Shown: piece by piece, positions 28,945 to 38,635 of the stretch
Layout: each line of letters opens with the position of its first letter
How positions within the stretch are numbered: position 1 is the first letter of the stretch
Assembly (NCBI GenBank): GCA_963739305.1
Contig: CAVTZU010000018.1
Span: 1-64,000, forward strand
DNA length: 64,000 nt
Source of the DNA: Candidatus Bathyarchaeota archaeon
GTDB taxonomy: Archaea > Thermoproteota > Bathyarchaeia > Bathyarchaeales > Bathycorpusculaceae
Reading direction: 5' to 3'
Notes under the pieces: model-generated
Told to the model about the DNA's origin: nothing
Databases searched by the model: none
What the model saw: the letters and a program-made list of their open reading frames with translations, nothing else
Made by a program: the position numbers and the translations under genes

Positions 28945-29463
28945 ATGGCCGCCAAAAAGAAAAGCAAGAGGCAGGAAAACTTCTTTGACACATGCAGCAA
29001 ATGCAAGGCCAACTGGAGTTGCTGTCACGAAACGACTCCGCCCATAACGAGCCGGCGAAGGAAAATCATAGAAACCTTTCTCATAGAAAATGAAATTGGA
29101 ATCGAGACTCCGTTCCTTGAAAAGGGCTACGTTTTCCCCAGATTGGACGAAGACGGATACTGCGTTTTTCACGATAGAAGGACAAGAAAGTGCATCATAC
29201 ATTCCGTGAAACCCGAAACATGCGTGGCGGGACCGATAACCTTCGACATAGAACGGAATACCGGGAAGGTCGAATGGTACATAAAAATGGAGCAAATATG
29301 CCCCCTTGCTGGTCGCGTGTATGAAGACACGGCGCGCATGAGAAGGCACTTGAAATCGGCGAAGAAGGAAATTTCAACGCTCATAGCTGAGCTCGATTCG
29401 GTTGCGCTGGATGCAATATTGAAGAAGGATGAACCTGAGACCTTCAAGTTAAGTGGGGATTAA
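28945..29463 (+). CDS. YkgJ family (CxxCxxCC) Fe-S/Zn protein
   Basis: CSKC...CC, CVFH...CIIHSVKPETC.AGP. Confidence 0.85.
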   Translation: MAAKKKSKRQENFFDTCSKCKANWSCCHETTPPITSRRRKIIETFLIENEIGIETPFLEKGYVFPRLDEDGYCVFHDRRTRKCIIHSVKPETCVAGPITFDIERNTGKVEWYIKMEQICPLAGRVYEDTARMRRHLKSAKKEISTLIAELDSVALDAILKKDEPETFKLSGD

Positions 29464-29490
29464 CTGTTCAGAAGCTTGTGCTGCGGTGAA

Positions 29491-29605
29491 TGGCGGGCCC
29501 GAGGGGATTTGAACCCCTGTTCTCCGGCTTTCTTCCACGTGTGGTGCCCGGAGGCTTGCGCATCTTTGAGATTCGACGCCTTTATCCAGACTGGGCTACG
29601 GGCCC
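29491..29605 (-). tRNA. tRNA-Arg(CCG) with two 18-nt introns (29556-29573 at position 29/30; 29530-29547 at 37/38)
   Basis: Removing both introns gives a 79-nt cloverleaf with TCGGC-CTCCGGA-GCCGG and CCA; both introns sit in BHB-like motifs. Confidence 0.9.
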
Positions 29606-29651
29606 GCAGAGTATGTGAACCATGACTGGAATTAATGCTTGCGATATCAGA

Positions 29652-30152
29652 TCATGTCTCAATAAGCTCTTCGTTTATCCACCATGCTTTCTTCTTTCCA
29701 GATTTCTCTCCAGGATAATACTCTATAACTTGCTTACCAAGTTGTTTCTTTGACTGTTTCTGTATTCTTCTCAACCTGTTCAGCACGAGCCATCTGTTCG
29801 TCTTCAAATATTCCGCGAGCTCCGGCGTTGTAGCGCCTTTGTAATGCATCAAGTAATCGACAATCTTGTGATCTATTTCATCCACCGCGAAGGTGTGAGG
29901 ATTGGTCTTTCCACGATCATAGGTGAGTAGCTCCAGGTCAGCTAGATATTTCTTGATCTCTGACAGCTCCGTTTCCATCCTGTCAACCCGTTTTTCAACT
30001 GCCAAGATTCTATCGGGTTTAGGAGTTTTTTGCAGTTTTTCCATTATTGCGTCACGAATGAAATCGCTTCGGTCTCCATCGGGGACTCTCAGAAGCATTT
30101 CTTTGTACACGTTTTCGGGAACCTTGGCAGAAATGACCTTCAACTCATTCAC
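29652..30152 (-). CDS. ribbon-helix-helix + winged-helix DNA-binding protein
   Basis: VISAKVP...RSDFIRDAI RHH; coiled coil; IDHKIVDYL...TTPELAEYL HTH. Confidence 0.75.
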   Translation of the reverse strand: MNELKVISAKVPENVYKEMLLRVPDGDRSDFIRDAIMEKLQKTPKPDRILAVEKRVDRMETELSEIKKYLADLELLTYDRGKTNPHTFAVDEIDHKIVDYLMHYKGATTPELAEYLKTNRWLVLNRLRRIQKQSKKQLGKQVIEYYPGEKSGKKKAWWINEELIET

Positions 30153-30296
30153 TGAAATGCCTCTTTCATCGATATTGTGGTTTAGGTTATTTGATGGTTT
30201 CTATATCGTCATTCTCTAGAATTGCCCAGAAAAACCTGACGGAGAAGAACGTTACAGCTATGTTCGAGGCTCAGCCCATGTCGTTTGTAAACATGT

Positions 30297-30845
30297 TCAA
30301 TTGCTTCGTATATTGACCAGTTCGTCAAACCGTTTTCTGACGATCTCGTGGAGTTTCCTTCGAAGCTCCTCCCCCAACATTTTTTGCTCTCTGACTAGCA
30401 GAGTCTTCCGCGTCAGTTCGACGTCACCAAGAGAGGTGAACCAAGCTTCGAAATCTCCTCTGCGAACATGAAACTCTATCGAGCTTGAATCGACTTTCTG
30501 TACCTTGTCACAAAAGTCACCCAGGCTCGTCGCAAAAGCATCCAGAGGCTTTCCAATGTCTGCATAAAAGTGAAAGGATTTCTCCATGGGCAGATACTTC
30601 AAGATTTCCGTTGCTTTCTGCTTGTCAACTTCAGGAATCCCAAGAGTTTTCTTTCCTTTTTCAGTGATTATGTAAAATCCTTTTTCAGGCGAACTTATGT
30701 ACTGCATTTTGGTGAGCCCTAGCAGGTGCATCCATGCTTGCTTGAAGCTCACTCCGGTATCTTTGGCTATCTCTGCTGGTTTCGAAGGTTTGTCGAGCAT
30801 CCACATCGTTTCTAGAATTAGACGTTTGACTGGTGATACGCTCAT
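30297..30845 (-). CDS. winged-helix + DUF5752-like domain protein
   Basis: N-terminal wHTH; FHFY...SIEFHVRRGDFEAW..SLGD. Confidence 0.75.
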   Translation of the reverse strand: MSVSPVKRLILETMWMLDKPSKPAEIAKDTGVSFKQAWMHLLGLTKMQYISSPEKGFYIITEKGKKTLGIPEVDKQKATEILKYLPMEKSFHFYADIGKPLDAFATSLGDFCDKVQKVDSSSIEFHVRRGDFEAWFTSLGDVELTRKTLLVREQKMLGEELRRKLHEIVRKRFDELVNIRSN

Positions 30846-31139
30846 ATATTGCACTTTGTGTATTTATGTCGCAAGTACCTAATAGGTTTTTCACGCAATT
30901 CTGATTTTCGTGACTGTTTTGCAATAGATGAATTGGGAAGCAAGGTTTCCGGAGAGGAGTTGGTTATGGTCCATGTCACCTAGCGTGCTAGTTCAGGAGT
31001 ATGCGTGCACCACAAGCAAGGTCAGAAGCTTAAAGAACGTGACTCACTGCGCACTTTGCGCCTATCGTACTCGGTTCTAAACGGGAAGTTGCTGAAAACT
31101 TAGACGATCAGACAAGGCGGTCTCACCAACCAACCTTCT

Positions 31140-31342
31140 TCAACATCCAATTCCGGGACAAAGCAGCGCGCGCAAACGAAACAGTATATTTTCCGTCAAA
31201 GTCAACATGCAAATCCGAACAAAAACCACGGCAAGAATCAGCCACCGCCCTAACAAAAGCTCTATCAGCAGGGCTCTGCAGGAAAAAAAGACCGGGGGGT
31301 AGGGTGTTTTAGACTGTTTTTCAATCAAAACCCATGTTGAAT
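31140..31342. repeat. conserved dispersed element, copy B
   Basis: Core of about 80 bp nearly identical to 15830-15912. Confidence 0.85.
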
Positions 31343-31476
31343 AGTCCCTCACTCAACCCATCCTCCTCCCCTTTTTCTTCGGGTCTAGCGCGCGCTATCT
31401 GGACGCTGGGTCAGCAAGGTAAATAAACCAATGCAGTCTAAGTAAGGGAAGCTGCAGAACTTTCACGGTGAAATGA

Positions 31477-32727
31477 ATGAAGCTGGCTGTTTGTGTCTAT
31501 GAGTATCCTCCCAAGATTGTTGGAGGTTTAGGAACTTACGCTGCTGAAATCACTCGAAAATTCGTTCTAACCGATAATGATGTCACTGTGTTCACGATGA
31601 ATGATGATGCAGGTAGCTTGCCAACTCGCGAGATATGGCGAGGCATCGAAATACACAGGCCACTGCATATCGATATTTCCGACTCCCTTCCAGACGTGAT
31701 TGCAGAGGACATAAGAAAATGGGGACGGGGAATACACCTATTCTCAAAAATCCTTATCTACAACTATCTGAGCGCATCAAAACTTGTCAATGAACTCATA
31801 AGAAAAGATGGAATAAAATATGACCTTGTCGTCGCTCACGACTGGCTTTCAGCCATAAGCGGAATGACTGTCAAGAGAGAAACCGGGTTGCCGTTCGCTT
31901 TTCACGTTCATTCGACAGAGAAGGGAAGAACGCTTGGGAATGGTTCGACAGTCGTCAGCAACATTGAACTTCACGCGGCCAAACTCGCGGACCTCATTGT
32001 GACAGTCTCGTACGCAATGAAAGATGAGTTAGTGGGCTTGGGTTTTCCGAAAGAAAGAATTCAAGTCGCTTATAACGGGGTGGATCCCGAGAAATATGAT
32101 CCTGCAGCCGTTACTCCTGAGCAGATCAAGAAAATCAGGGCAACTTATGGAATCAAAGACGACGAACAGATGATCCTTTTCATAGGCAGGCTGGTAGGCG
32201 TCAAAGGCGTTGATAAGCTCATCATGGCTTTGCCTCACATACTGCCGAAGAATCCTAAAGCCAAACTCGTGATCGTTGGTCTAGGCGACTTGCAGGAATA
32301 CCTTACGAACCTGGTCAAAGCAACCAAAATGAGTGATTTCGTAAAGTTCCGCTTCGAGTTCATCCCGGAAGAGGAACGAATCCTTCATTATGCAGCATGC
32401 GACGTTGCAGTTTTTCCAAGCTTCTACGAACCCTTCGGCATCGTTGTGTTAGAGGCCATGAGCATGGAGCGCCCAGTCGTCGTTGGTGCAACGGGCATCA
32501 GCGGGATGCGAGAAATAGTCGTTTGCTGCGGCGAAGAACAATGTGGCTACCACATCGACCCAAGTAACCCGTCAGACATCGCTTGGGGCATAAACAGCGT
32601 TCTGGAAAACAATGAAAAAAGAAAGTGGCTTGGAAAAAACGGAAGAAAACGAGTTCTTAACGAGTTCACTTGGGATAAGATCGCCGAGAAAACCTTGGAA
32701 TTGTATCAACAGATCATCAAACACTAA
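31477..32727 (+). CDS. GT4 glycosyltransferase (glycogen synthase-like)
   Basis: EYPPKIVGGLG, AHDW, HSTE, YEPFGIVVLEAM. Confidence 0.92.
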   Translation: MKLAVCVYEYPPKIVGGLGTYAAEITRKFVLTDNDVTVFTMNDDAGSLPTREIWRGIEIHRPLHIDISDSLPDVIAEDIRKWGRGIHLFSKILIYNYLSASKLVNELIRKDGIKYDLVVAHDWLSAISGMTVKRETGLPFAFHVHSTEKGRTLGNGSTVVSNIELHAAKLADLIVTVSYAMKDELVGLGFPKERIQVAYNGVDPEKYDPAAVTPEQIKKIRATYGIKDDEQMILFIGRLVGVKGVDKLIMALPHILPKNPKAKLVIVGLGDLQEYLTNLVKATKMSDFVKFRFEFIPEEERILHYAACDVAVFPSFYEPFGIVVLEAMSMERPVVVGATGISGMREIVVCCGEEQCGYHIDPSNPSDIAWGINSVLENNEKRKWLGKNGRKRVLNEFTWDKIAEKTLELYQQIIKH

Positions 32728-32768
32728 GCTTAAGTTCCACGTCGAATCGAGATTTACTCGGTGAGATA

Positions 32769-33386
32769 ATGGCTGTCAATAATATCAGTTCGCGAAAGAA
32801 AGTCACGGTAGAAGCAGCCACGTTGCTTTATGATGGAGTCGAGAAGGAATACAAACAAGCAAAGCTGAAAGCTGCAAAGACGTTCGGGCTCCATTATATG
32901 CCGACCAACCTTGAAGTCGCAATGGAAATCGACAGAATCGCCGAAGAGAGGGAAGGACCAACTAGGGAGGAACGCCTTGTGCGAATGCGAAAAGAAGCTC
33001 TGAGGATTATGCACGTCCTGAAGAAGTATGATCCTATCCTAGTGGGCAGCGTATGGCGCGGCACAATACATCATGATAGTGACATCGACATAATCGTTCA
33101 CCACGAAGAACCGAAAGAAGTCGTGGGAACCCTCCAGCAGACCGACTTGAAAATTGCGAGGACAGAATGGGTCAGCGTGACGAAGCAAGGAAAAAAGAAA
33201 TCTTCCTTCCATATCCACGTTGAATCACCTTTAAAAGAGCAAGTCGAAATCATCGTTCACAGTCCAGAAGAAGCGTGCCTCAAGCCGAAGTGCGAGATAT
33301 ACGGTGATGAAATAACAGGGCTTCGCCCACATGACCTCGAAAAAGTTCTCAAAGAAAATCCCGATCGGCGTTTCCTGCCATCCTAG
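32769..33386 (+). CDS. nucleotidyltransferase domain protein
   Basis: GSVWRG...SDIDI; N-terminal EYKQAKLKAA. Confidence 0.85.
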   Translation: MAVNNISSRKKVTVEAATLLYDGVEKEYKQAKLKAAKTFGLHYMPTNLEVAMEIDRIAEEREGPTREERLVRMRKEALRIMHVLKKYDPILVGSVWRGTIHHDSDIDIIVHHEEPKEVVGTLQQTDLKIARTEWVSVTKQGKKKSSFHIHVESPLKEQVEIIVHSPEEACLKPKCEIYGDEITGLRPHDLEKVLKENPDRRFLPS

Positions 33387-33494
33387 GACTCAACAGATTC
33401 TATCAAATTAATGAAGGGACTCTTTGAATATTCGCGCGCACTTTTCTGCTCGTTAGAACAATGAACGAATATTGCATACTGCGAGAGTGAGACG

Positions 33495-33842
33495 GTGGAG
33501 CGGGACAAAGAAGCAATCAAGAGAATGTTCCCAAACCTGGCAAAAGAAATCGGATCTGGCGAGAGCAAAGTCTCAGTGGACTCTGTAAGAACAGATAATG
33601 GAGCAGATGAAAAACACGCGATGCGAAAGAAATACTCAGAGTACATACCTGACGTCGTCGACTTTCTTAGACGATGCGACACCGTTCAACAAGCCGAGGA
33701 AATCATCGCTTACATGGAAAAAAGGGGAGAACTTGACGGTCGATACGCTGGGCAGCTACGGAAACAACTGAAGGAGAAAGGCGTGAGAAGTTTCGGAACT
33801 AAGAAGGAAGATGACTATTACCTGAAACATAGCGAATGTTGA
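33495..33842 (+). CDS. DUF2095-like protein
   Basis: FPNLAKEI, PDVVDFLRRCDT, GVRSFGTKKE..YY. Confidence 0.8.
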   Translation: MERDKEAIKRMFPNLAKEIGSGESKVSVDSVRTDNGADEKHAMRKKYSEYIPDVVDFLRRCDTVQQAEEIIAYMEKRGELDGRYAGQLRKQLKEKGVRSFGTKKEDDYYLKHSEC

Positions 33843-33987
33843 GCGGTTTGATCCAAGTTTTTTGATCGCGCAAGCCACGTTCAATGAATAAGGGGGGTAA
33901 CTATATACGTCACCATGGCAGTCTAGTCTCCAAAAGTAAATAAATGTGCTAACCAATAGATAGGAAGCTCAAAACTTTGGGAAAGTC

Positions 33988-35736
33988 GTGGAGGAAAATG
34001 GCTTGAAAAAGATGGCGTTGATGATCGCGATATTGACGATGGCCCTGATTATGACTGTTTCATTCTCATCGAACGTTAGATCTGCGAAAGCACAAGGCAA
34101 TTACACGATAGAGCACTTGGACCACGTCGTGAGTGTGATGTCCAACGGTTATGTTCTCATGAATGATACGATTAGAATTTCTGGGCAGGCTCCAAGTACC
34201 TTTCTGTTTGGACTGCCGTATCCTTTTGGGCCATATGTTGTATGGTACGACGCATTCGATGCCAATGCTACTTCCTCAACGTTTCCAGTTACGATCAATC
34301 AGCCTTTCGAAAACAGAAGCGGTTTCTATAGTCTCGAAGTTGGCTTCCCCTCTGGGATGCCGCAGAACTTGAGCATCCAAGTGTTGTTCTCTAACCGGCT
34401 GGTTTTCCAAGACTCTCAAAATGCAAGTCTTTACACGTTGGTATTTCCAGGGTTCCCGAGCCTTACAACCCCGGTAAGTGCGTGTAATTCGTCAATCATT
34501 CTTCCGGAAACAGCCACGTATTACGATGGAACAATAAGCACGACAACTTATGCCCAAGAAAACCTCCCGTCATTCACGTACAACGTGTCCACGGTGGGTT
34601 TCCTGACTTCAGATGACAGCATGGGCGTCTTCGATGTGGATAAAATCAATCGTCAAATAGCTGTGAACGGGGGTGGCGAACTCACGGCTTCTGATTCTTA
34701 CTTTATAACCAACGAGGCGGGCAACAATTTGACTTCGATCCAGGTGCTTCTTCCTCCTAATGCTTCTGACGTGTCCGCGCAGGACCAATTTGGCAGGACG
34801 ATGGCACAACCAACCCTTCTCATACCGAATGGAGCGCGGTACGACATCAATCTCACAAGTACCACAGCTCGGCCGCTGAGCTATAATCAATCCACACAAT
34901 TCACAGTGAATTACGCTCTGCCGAGCGACGCCTACATTAGCCAAGATGGAGCCAACGGCTACAACCTGAATATGTCTCTTTTCCGAGATATCGACTACTA
35001 CGTTAACTTGACAAGCGTGACCTTCGTGTTGCCTGAAGGTGCAAATCTAGGGTCCTCAGGAAGTGGTCTGTCTGGTGTTTCATACAGCATAACGAAGGAT
35101 GTTTTCACCGAGAAAATATCTCTCAATAAGGAAGGTGTCATTTCGTTAACCGGCTTTGTCTTCTCAATGACATACCAGTACAACATGTTTTGGTCAGCTT
35201 TTCGACCGACCACGTGGGCGATGGTTATATCCCTGCTGGGGTGCCTAGCGGTTGTGATCATAAGAAGGCCGCAGGCTCCTACTCCAGTTTCCTCTCCGAC
35301 GGCTGCCACACGACTTCGTCCCGAATACCTCCGGTCCTTCTTAGATTCATACGAGGAGAAGAGACGGATCATGGCCGACATTGACTCTCTTGAAGAAAGA
35401 GCCAGAAAAGGAAGAATACCGAGGCAACGATACAAGATACAGAGCAGAACCTTTGAGACTCGCCTTGAAACGTTGTCAAGAACCCTGGCTGACTATAAGG
35501 AAAAGATGCGTGCGGCGGGCGGCCACTATGGTAGTCTCATGCGTGAGCTTGAAGTCGCAGAAATAGAATTGAACGAGGTTGAAACAAACCTTAGAAGCAT
35601 CGAAACACGCCACAGCCGAGGCGAACTTTCCTTAGAGGGATACAAGAAACTGCTCGGTGACTACCAACGCAGAAAAGAAAAGACCCAGACTAGCGTAGAC
35701 GGAATCCTCTTGAGATTACGTGAGGAAATTCAATAA
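33988..35736 (+). CDS. ribophorin I (OST1/RPN1)-like membrane protein with cytoplasmic coiled coil
   Basis: Signal peptide, two luminal beta domains with RQIAV..GELTASDSY, LPPNASDVSAQDQFG, NYALP, VLPEGA; TM; helical tail. Confidence 0.6.
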   Translation: MEENGLKKMALMIAILTMALIMTVSFSSNVRSAKAQGNYTIEHLDHVVSVMSNGYVLMNDTIRISGQAPSTFLFGLPYPFGPYVVWYDAFDANATSSTFPVTINQPFENRSGFYSLEVGFPSGMPQNLSIQVLFSNRLVFQDSQNASLYTLVFPGFPSLTTPVSACNSSIILPETATYYDGTISTTTYAQENLPSFTYNVSTVGFLTSDDSMGVFDVDKINRQIAVNGGGELTASDSYFITNEAGNNLTSIQVLLPPNASDVSAQDQFGRTMAQPTLLIPNGARYDINLTSTTARPLSYNQSTQFTVNYALPSDAYISQDGANGYNLNMSLFRDIDYYVNLTSVTFVLPEGANLGSSGSGLSGVSYSITKDVFTEKISLNKEGVISLTGFVFSMTYQYNMFWSAFRPTTWAMVISLLGCLAVVIIRRPQAPTPVSSPTAATRLRPEYLRSFLDSYEEKRRIMADIDSLEERARKGRIPRQRYKIQSRTFETRLETLSRTLADYKEKMRAAGGHYGSLMRELEVAEIELNEVETNLRSIETRHSRGELSLEGYKKLLGDYQRRKEKTQTSVDGILLRLREEIQ

Positions 35737-35804
35737 CTGCACCTAAATATTTTTATTCTACCGCTAAGCTCTTCATGAAATTCTGAAATTGGAAGGAATC
35801 CAAA

Positions 35805-35987
35805 ATGGTAAAGATCGTAGTGGATAACGCTAAATGCACCGGATGCGGAACATGCGTTGACACATGCCCGGTGGCTGTCTACGAAGTCAAAGACAAGAAG
35901 TCGGTTCCGGTCAAAGTTGACGAATGTCTTGTGTGCAGGGCATGCGAGGTCCAATGCCCCGAAGCCGCGATTCAAGTTATTGAATAG
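35805..35987 (+). CDS. 2x[4Fe-4S] ferredoxin
   Basis: CTGCGTCVDTCP, CLVCRACEVQCP. Confidence 0.95.
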   Translation: MVKIVVDNAKCTGCGTCVDTCPVAVYEVKDKKSVPVKVDECLVCRACEVQCPEAAIQVIE

Positions 35988-36019
35988 ATTTAGACCGGTT
36001 GTAACTATTCTCAAAACGA

Positions 36020-37084
36020 CTAACACAATTGCCAGTAGTTTCTCTGAATTTCTTTCACTTCTTTCATCATTTTTTTCCCTTTGTCTCTGACAAGCCGGTT
36101 CGATACCGGAACCTTGTCATCAACTGTATACATGCTTCCACTCATTGCTGCAATGGCTGAGGCGGCTATCTTCCCAATGTATCTGACTCCGTAGCCACCT
36201 TCAAGGACCAGCACAAGCCTTCCACCACATGATCGTCTCGCCAGAGCGCCGATAGATTGGAAAATCTTGCGGTAACCAACGGCAGACAATGAGAGTTCTC
36301 CAACCGGATCAGCGTAGTGGCAATCCAACCCCGCAGACACTAGAACAAACTGGGGTCTGTACTGAAGAGCAATTGGCACAGCAATCTCTTTCCAAGCTTT
36401 CAGATAAGTCTGATCGTCCGTTCCGAACGGCAGGGGGATGTTAACAGTGTACCCGCACCCTTTTCCTTCACCGACCTCTTGCGCGAACCCGGTTCCTGGA
36501 AAGCCACGTGGGTCTTCGTGTAGGCTGATGTAAAGAACTTTGTCGGTTTCGAAGAAAGCCTGTTGGGTGCCGTTGCCATGATGAGAGTCAATGTCCAAGA
36601 TGAGAACTCGTTCAAGCTTAAAATCCCTCAGCAAACGTTTTGTGGCTACAGCGACGTTGTTGAAAACGCAGAAACCAAGCCCATAATGTCTTGTTGCATG
36701 GTGGCCCGGCGGTCTCACGAGCACGAACGAGTTTTCGTAGCAACCTTGCATTACAAGGCGGATAGCTTTGACCGCCCCGCCGACGGCGCAAAGGGCGACG
36801 TCAAAAGTTTCGGAAGAGACAACGGTGTCTCCAGTGTCCAGAAGGCCGCCGCCTGATCTGCAAATGTCCCTGACCCCCTTGATGTACTGCATGTCATGGA
36901 CCAGTGCGAGGTCGTCAACCGATGCTTTTTCCGGTTTGATGAACTGCCATTTTCTGCTCTGCGAGAGCTGTCCTTGTCTTAGCTCCTCGACGATGGCGTA
37001 CAAACGCTTGGCTGATTCGGGGTGGTCCTTACCTGGGTTGTGTTTGTAGTATTCAGGTGAGAATACGACTGCCGTTCTAGGCAT
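36020..37084 (-). CDS. histone deacetylase family protein
   Basis: HPES..RL, RPPGHHA, GFCVFNN, DSHHGNGT, LEGGY. Confidence 0.94.
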   Translation of the reverse strand: MPRTAVVFSPEYYKHNPGKDHPESAKRLYAIVEELRQGQLSQSRKWQFIKPEKASVDDLALVHDMQYIKGVRDICRSGGGLLDTGDTVVSSETFDVALCAVGGAVKAIRLVMQGCYENSFVLVRPPGHHATRHYGLGFCVFNNVAVATKRLLRDFKLERVLILDIDSHHGNGTQQAFFETDKVLYISLHEDPRGFPGTGFAQEVGEGKGCGYTVNIPLPFGTDDQTYLKAWKEIAVPIALQYRPQFVLVSAGLDCHYADPVGELSLSAVGYRKIFQSIGALARRSCGGRLVLVLEGGYGVRYIGKIAASAIAAMSGSMYTVDDKVPVSNRLVRDKGKKMMKEVKEIQRNYWQLC

Positions 37085-38546
37085 GTAGGGTTATCCCTTT
37101 CATGGCTATTCGAAAGATCTTCTGCACGTATTTCTTCACTGTGAGACCGTTTTTGTTTGCGAGTTTTTTGAGAACAGTGTTGACGCCTGTTGCGTACTGA
37201 ACGGCTTTCTTGGGTCTATTGGCCATCGACTCTGGTAGTCTCAAGTTGAGTGCTGCTTGCCTTAAGACAAGTTTTCTCAGGGTATCGTCGAACGGCTGAA
37301 TTTTCAGTTGAACGGGTAAATCCGCGGCGAATTTGACTATCTGCCATGCCGCAAAGGGTAGTCTGAGCTCGACCCTAAGGGAATTGCAGATTTTGTAGTC
37401 TCTTTCCAAGTTGCTTTCGTGCATTCGGATGATGTCCTTGAAAATAGTTGCGCTCGCTGCTTCGCTTCCTTCATTGACAAATTGGTCAACGTAACGCTTG
37501 TAACCAGCAAAAAGCTCGTCACCACCTTGACCCGCCAGCATAACTCGAAGATTCATCTTCGCGGCCTGCTCTGACGCCCAATAAATAGGGACGCCTATGC
37601 TCGCTTTGACGGGGTCCGGTTCTTCTATAGCACGCAGAACTGCAGGCAGCGTTCTGGAGACGTCTTCTTCGTCATATGTGTAAACCCGAATGGGCAACTG
37701 GAGTTGATCAGCCGCGGCTTTTGCGTGCTCTGTTTCAACTTGATCTTCTAAGCTTACATGAATCAACTGTACATTTGTTTCCGAATTCTTGGACAAGAAC
37801 GCGATGATACCGCTGTCCAAACCCCCTGAAAACGCCACTGCCACCTCTCTCAGAGGTCGCAATCTTTCTCTCACTGCTTGCTCCAGCAGGATCTGTAACC
37901 TTTGAGCAGCCGTTTTCATCGAGAGCCGCTTCGGTCTTGAATGTGTGAGTTGTCTGGCCAGGCGGAACTTGAACCCTGATTCGTTCACGATCGCTACGTT
38001 TCCAGGGGGAAACGAGTGGGCAGATTCAATGCCCACGCTCCATAGTGTTTTCCGATCGGAAGCCAGTGCAGCGAAGACCTTGTTCTCGCCGTAGTAGAGC
38101 GGGCGCACTCCCAACGCGTCTCTTCCAACGATAAGTCTTTCGGGTTCCGCTATTGCAAAGGAAAAGTCGCCTTCGGCTTCCCTGATGAATTTCAAGGCGG
38201 CGCATTCTTTGTTCTTCTCAGGTAACCGTTGAGCAAAAACTCGGGCGTCCGAGCACTGCGTGTCCGTTGGGTAGGTTCTTCCGTCAAAGGCTACTGTAGC
38301 ATCCTTTGTTCTGAGCGGTTGCGGCCTGTCTTCTTCAAGTATTCTGGTGAATGCGTATCCGATAATTGCCGATGATCCTAGTCTCAGCGTGCCCAGTTGT
38401 TGAAAGTCTTCTTTTGTTTGTATTGATCGTGATGAAGCGATGCCGTAGAATTCAACGTTATTCATTGATGTTGTTTTCAACATGGTCAACGCAGTTTCTG
38501 TTGCGTCTCCGTTGTTTTTTTGCCTGACTGCTACTATGACACCCAT
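37077..38546 (-). CDS. asparagine synthetase B-like protein
   Basis: RDALGVRPLYY, FSGGLDS, GQGGDELFAGY, RPKKAVQY; no N-terminal Cys. Confidence 0.88.
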   Translation of the reverse strand: MGVIVAVRQKNNGDATETALTMLKTTSMNNVEFYGIASSRSIQTKEDFQQLGTLRLGSSAIIGYAFTRILEEDRPQPLRTKDATVAFDGRTYPTDTQCSDARVFAQRLPEKNKECAALKFIREAEGDFSFAIAEPERLIVGRDALGVRPLYYGENKVFAALASDRKTLWSVGIESAHSFPPGNVAIVNESGFKFRLARQLTHSRPKRLSMKTAAQRLQILLEQAVRERLRPLREVAVAFSGGLDSGIIAFLSKNSETNVQLIHVSLEDQVETEHAKAAADQLQLPIRVYTYDEEDVSRTLPAVLRAIEEPDPVKASIGVPIYWASEQAAKMNLRVMLAGQGGDELFAGYKRYVDQFVNEGSEAASATIFKDIIRMHESNLERDYKICNSLRVELRLPFAAWQIVKFAADLPVQLKIQPFDDTLRKLVLRQAALNLRLPESMANRPKKAVQYATGVNTVLKKLANKNGLTVKKYVQKIFRIAMKGITLHA

Positions 38547-38635
38547 CGCAAGAACCTTTCAGTTCAATCAATACCTAGTAACTTGGTAAAACATTAATCT
38601 TTAATCCATCTAATCTAGTCCCGAGGTCAAGAGGT

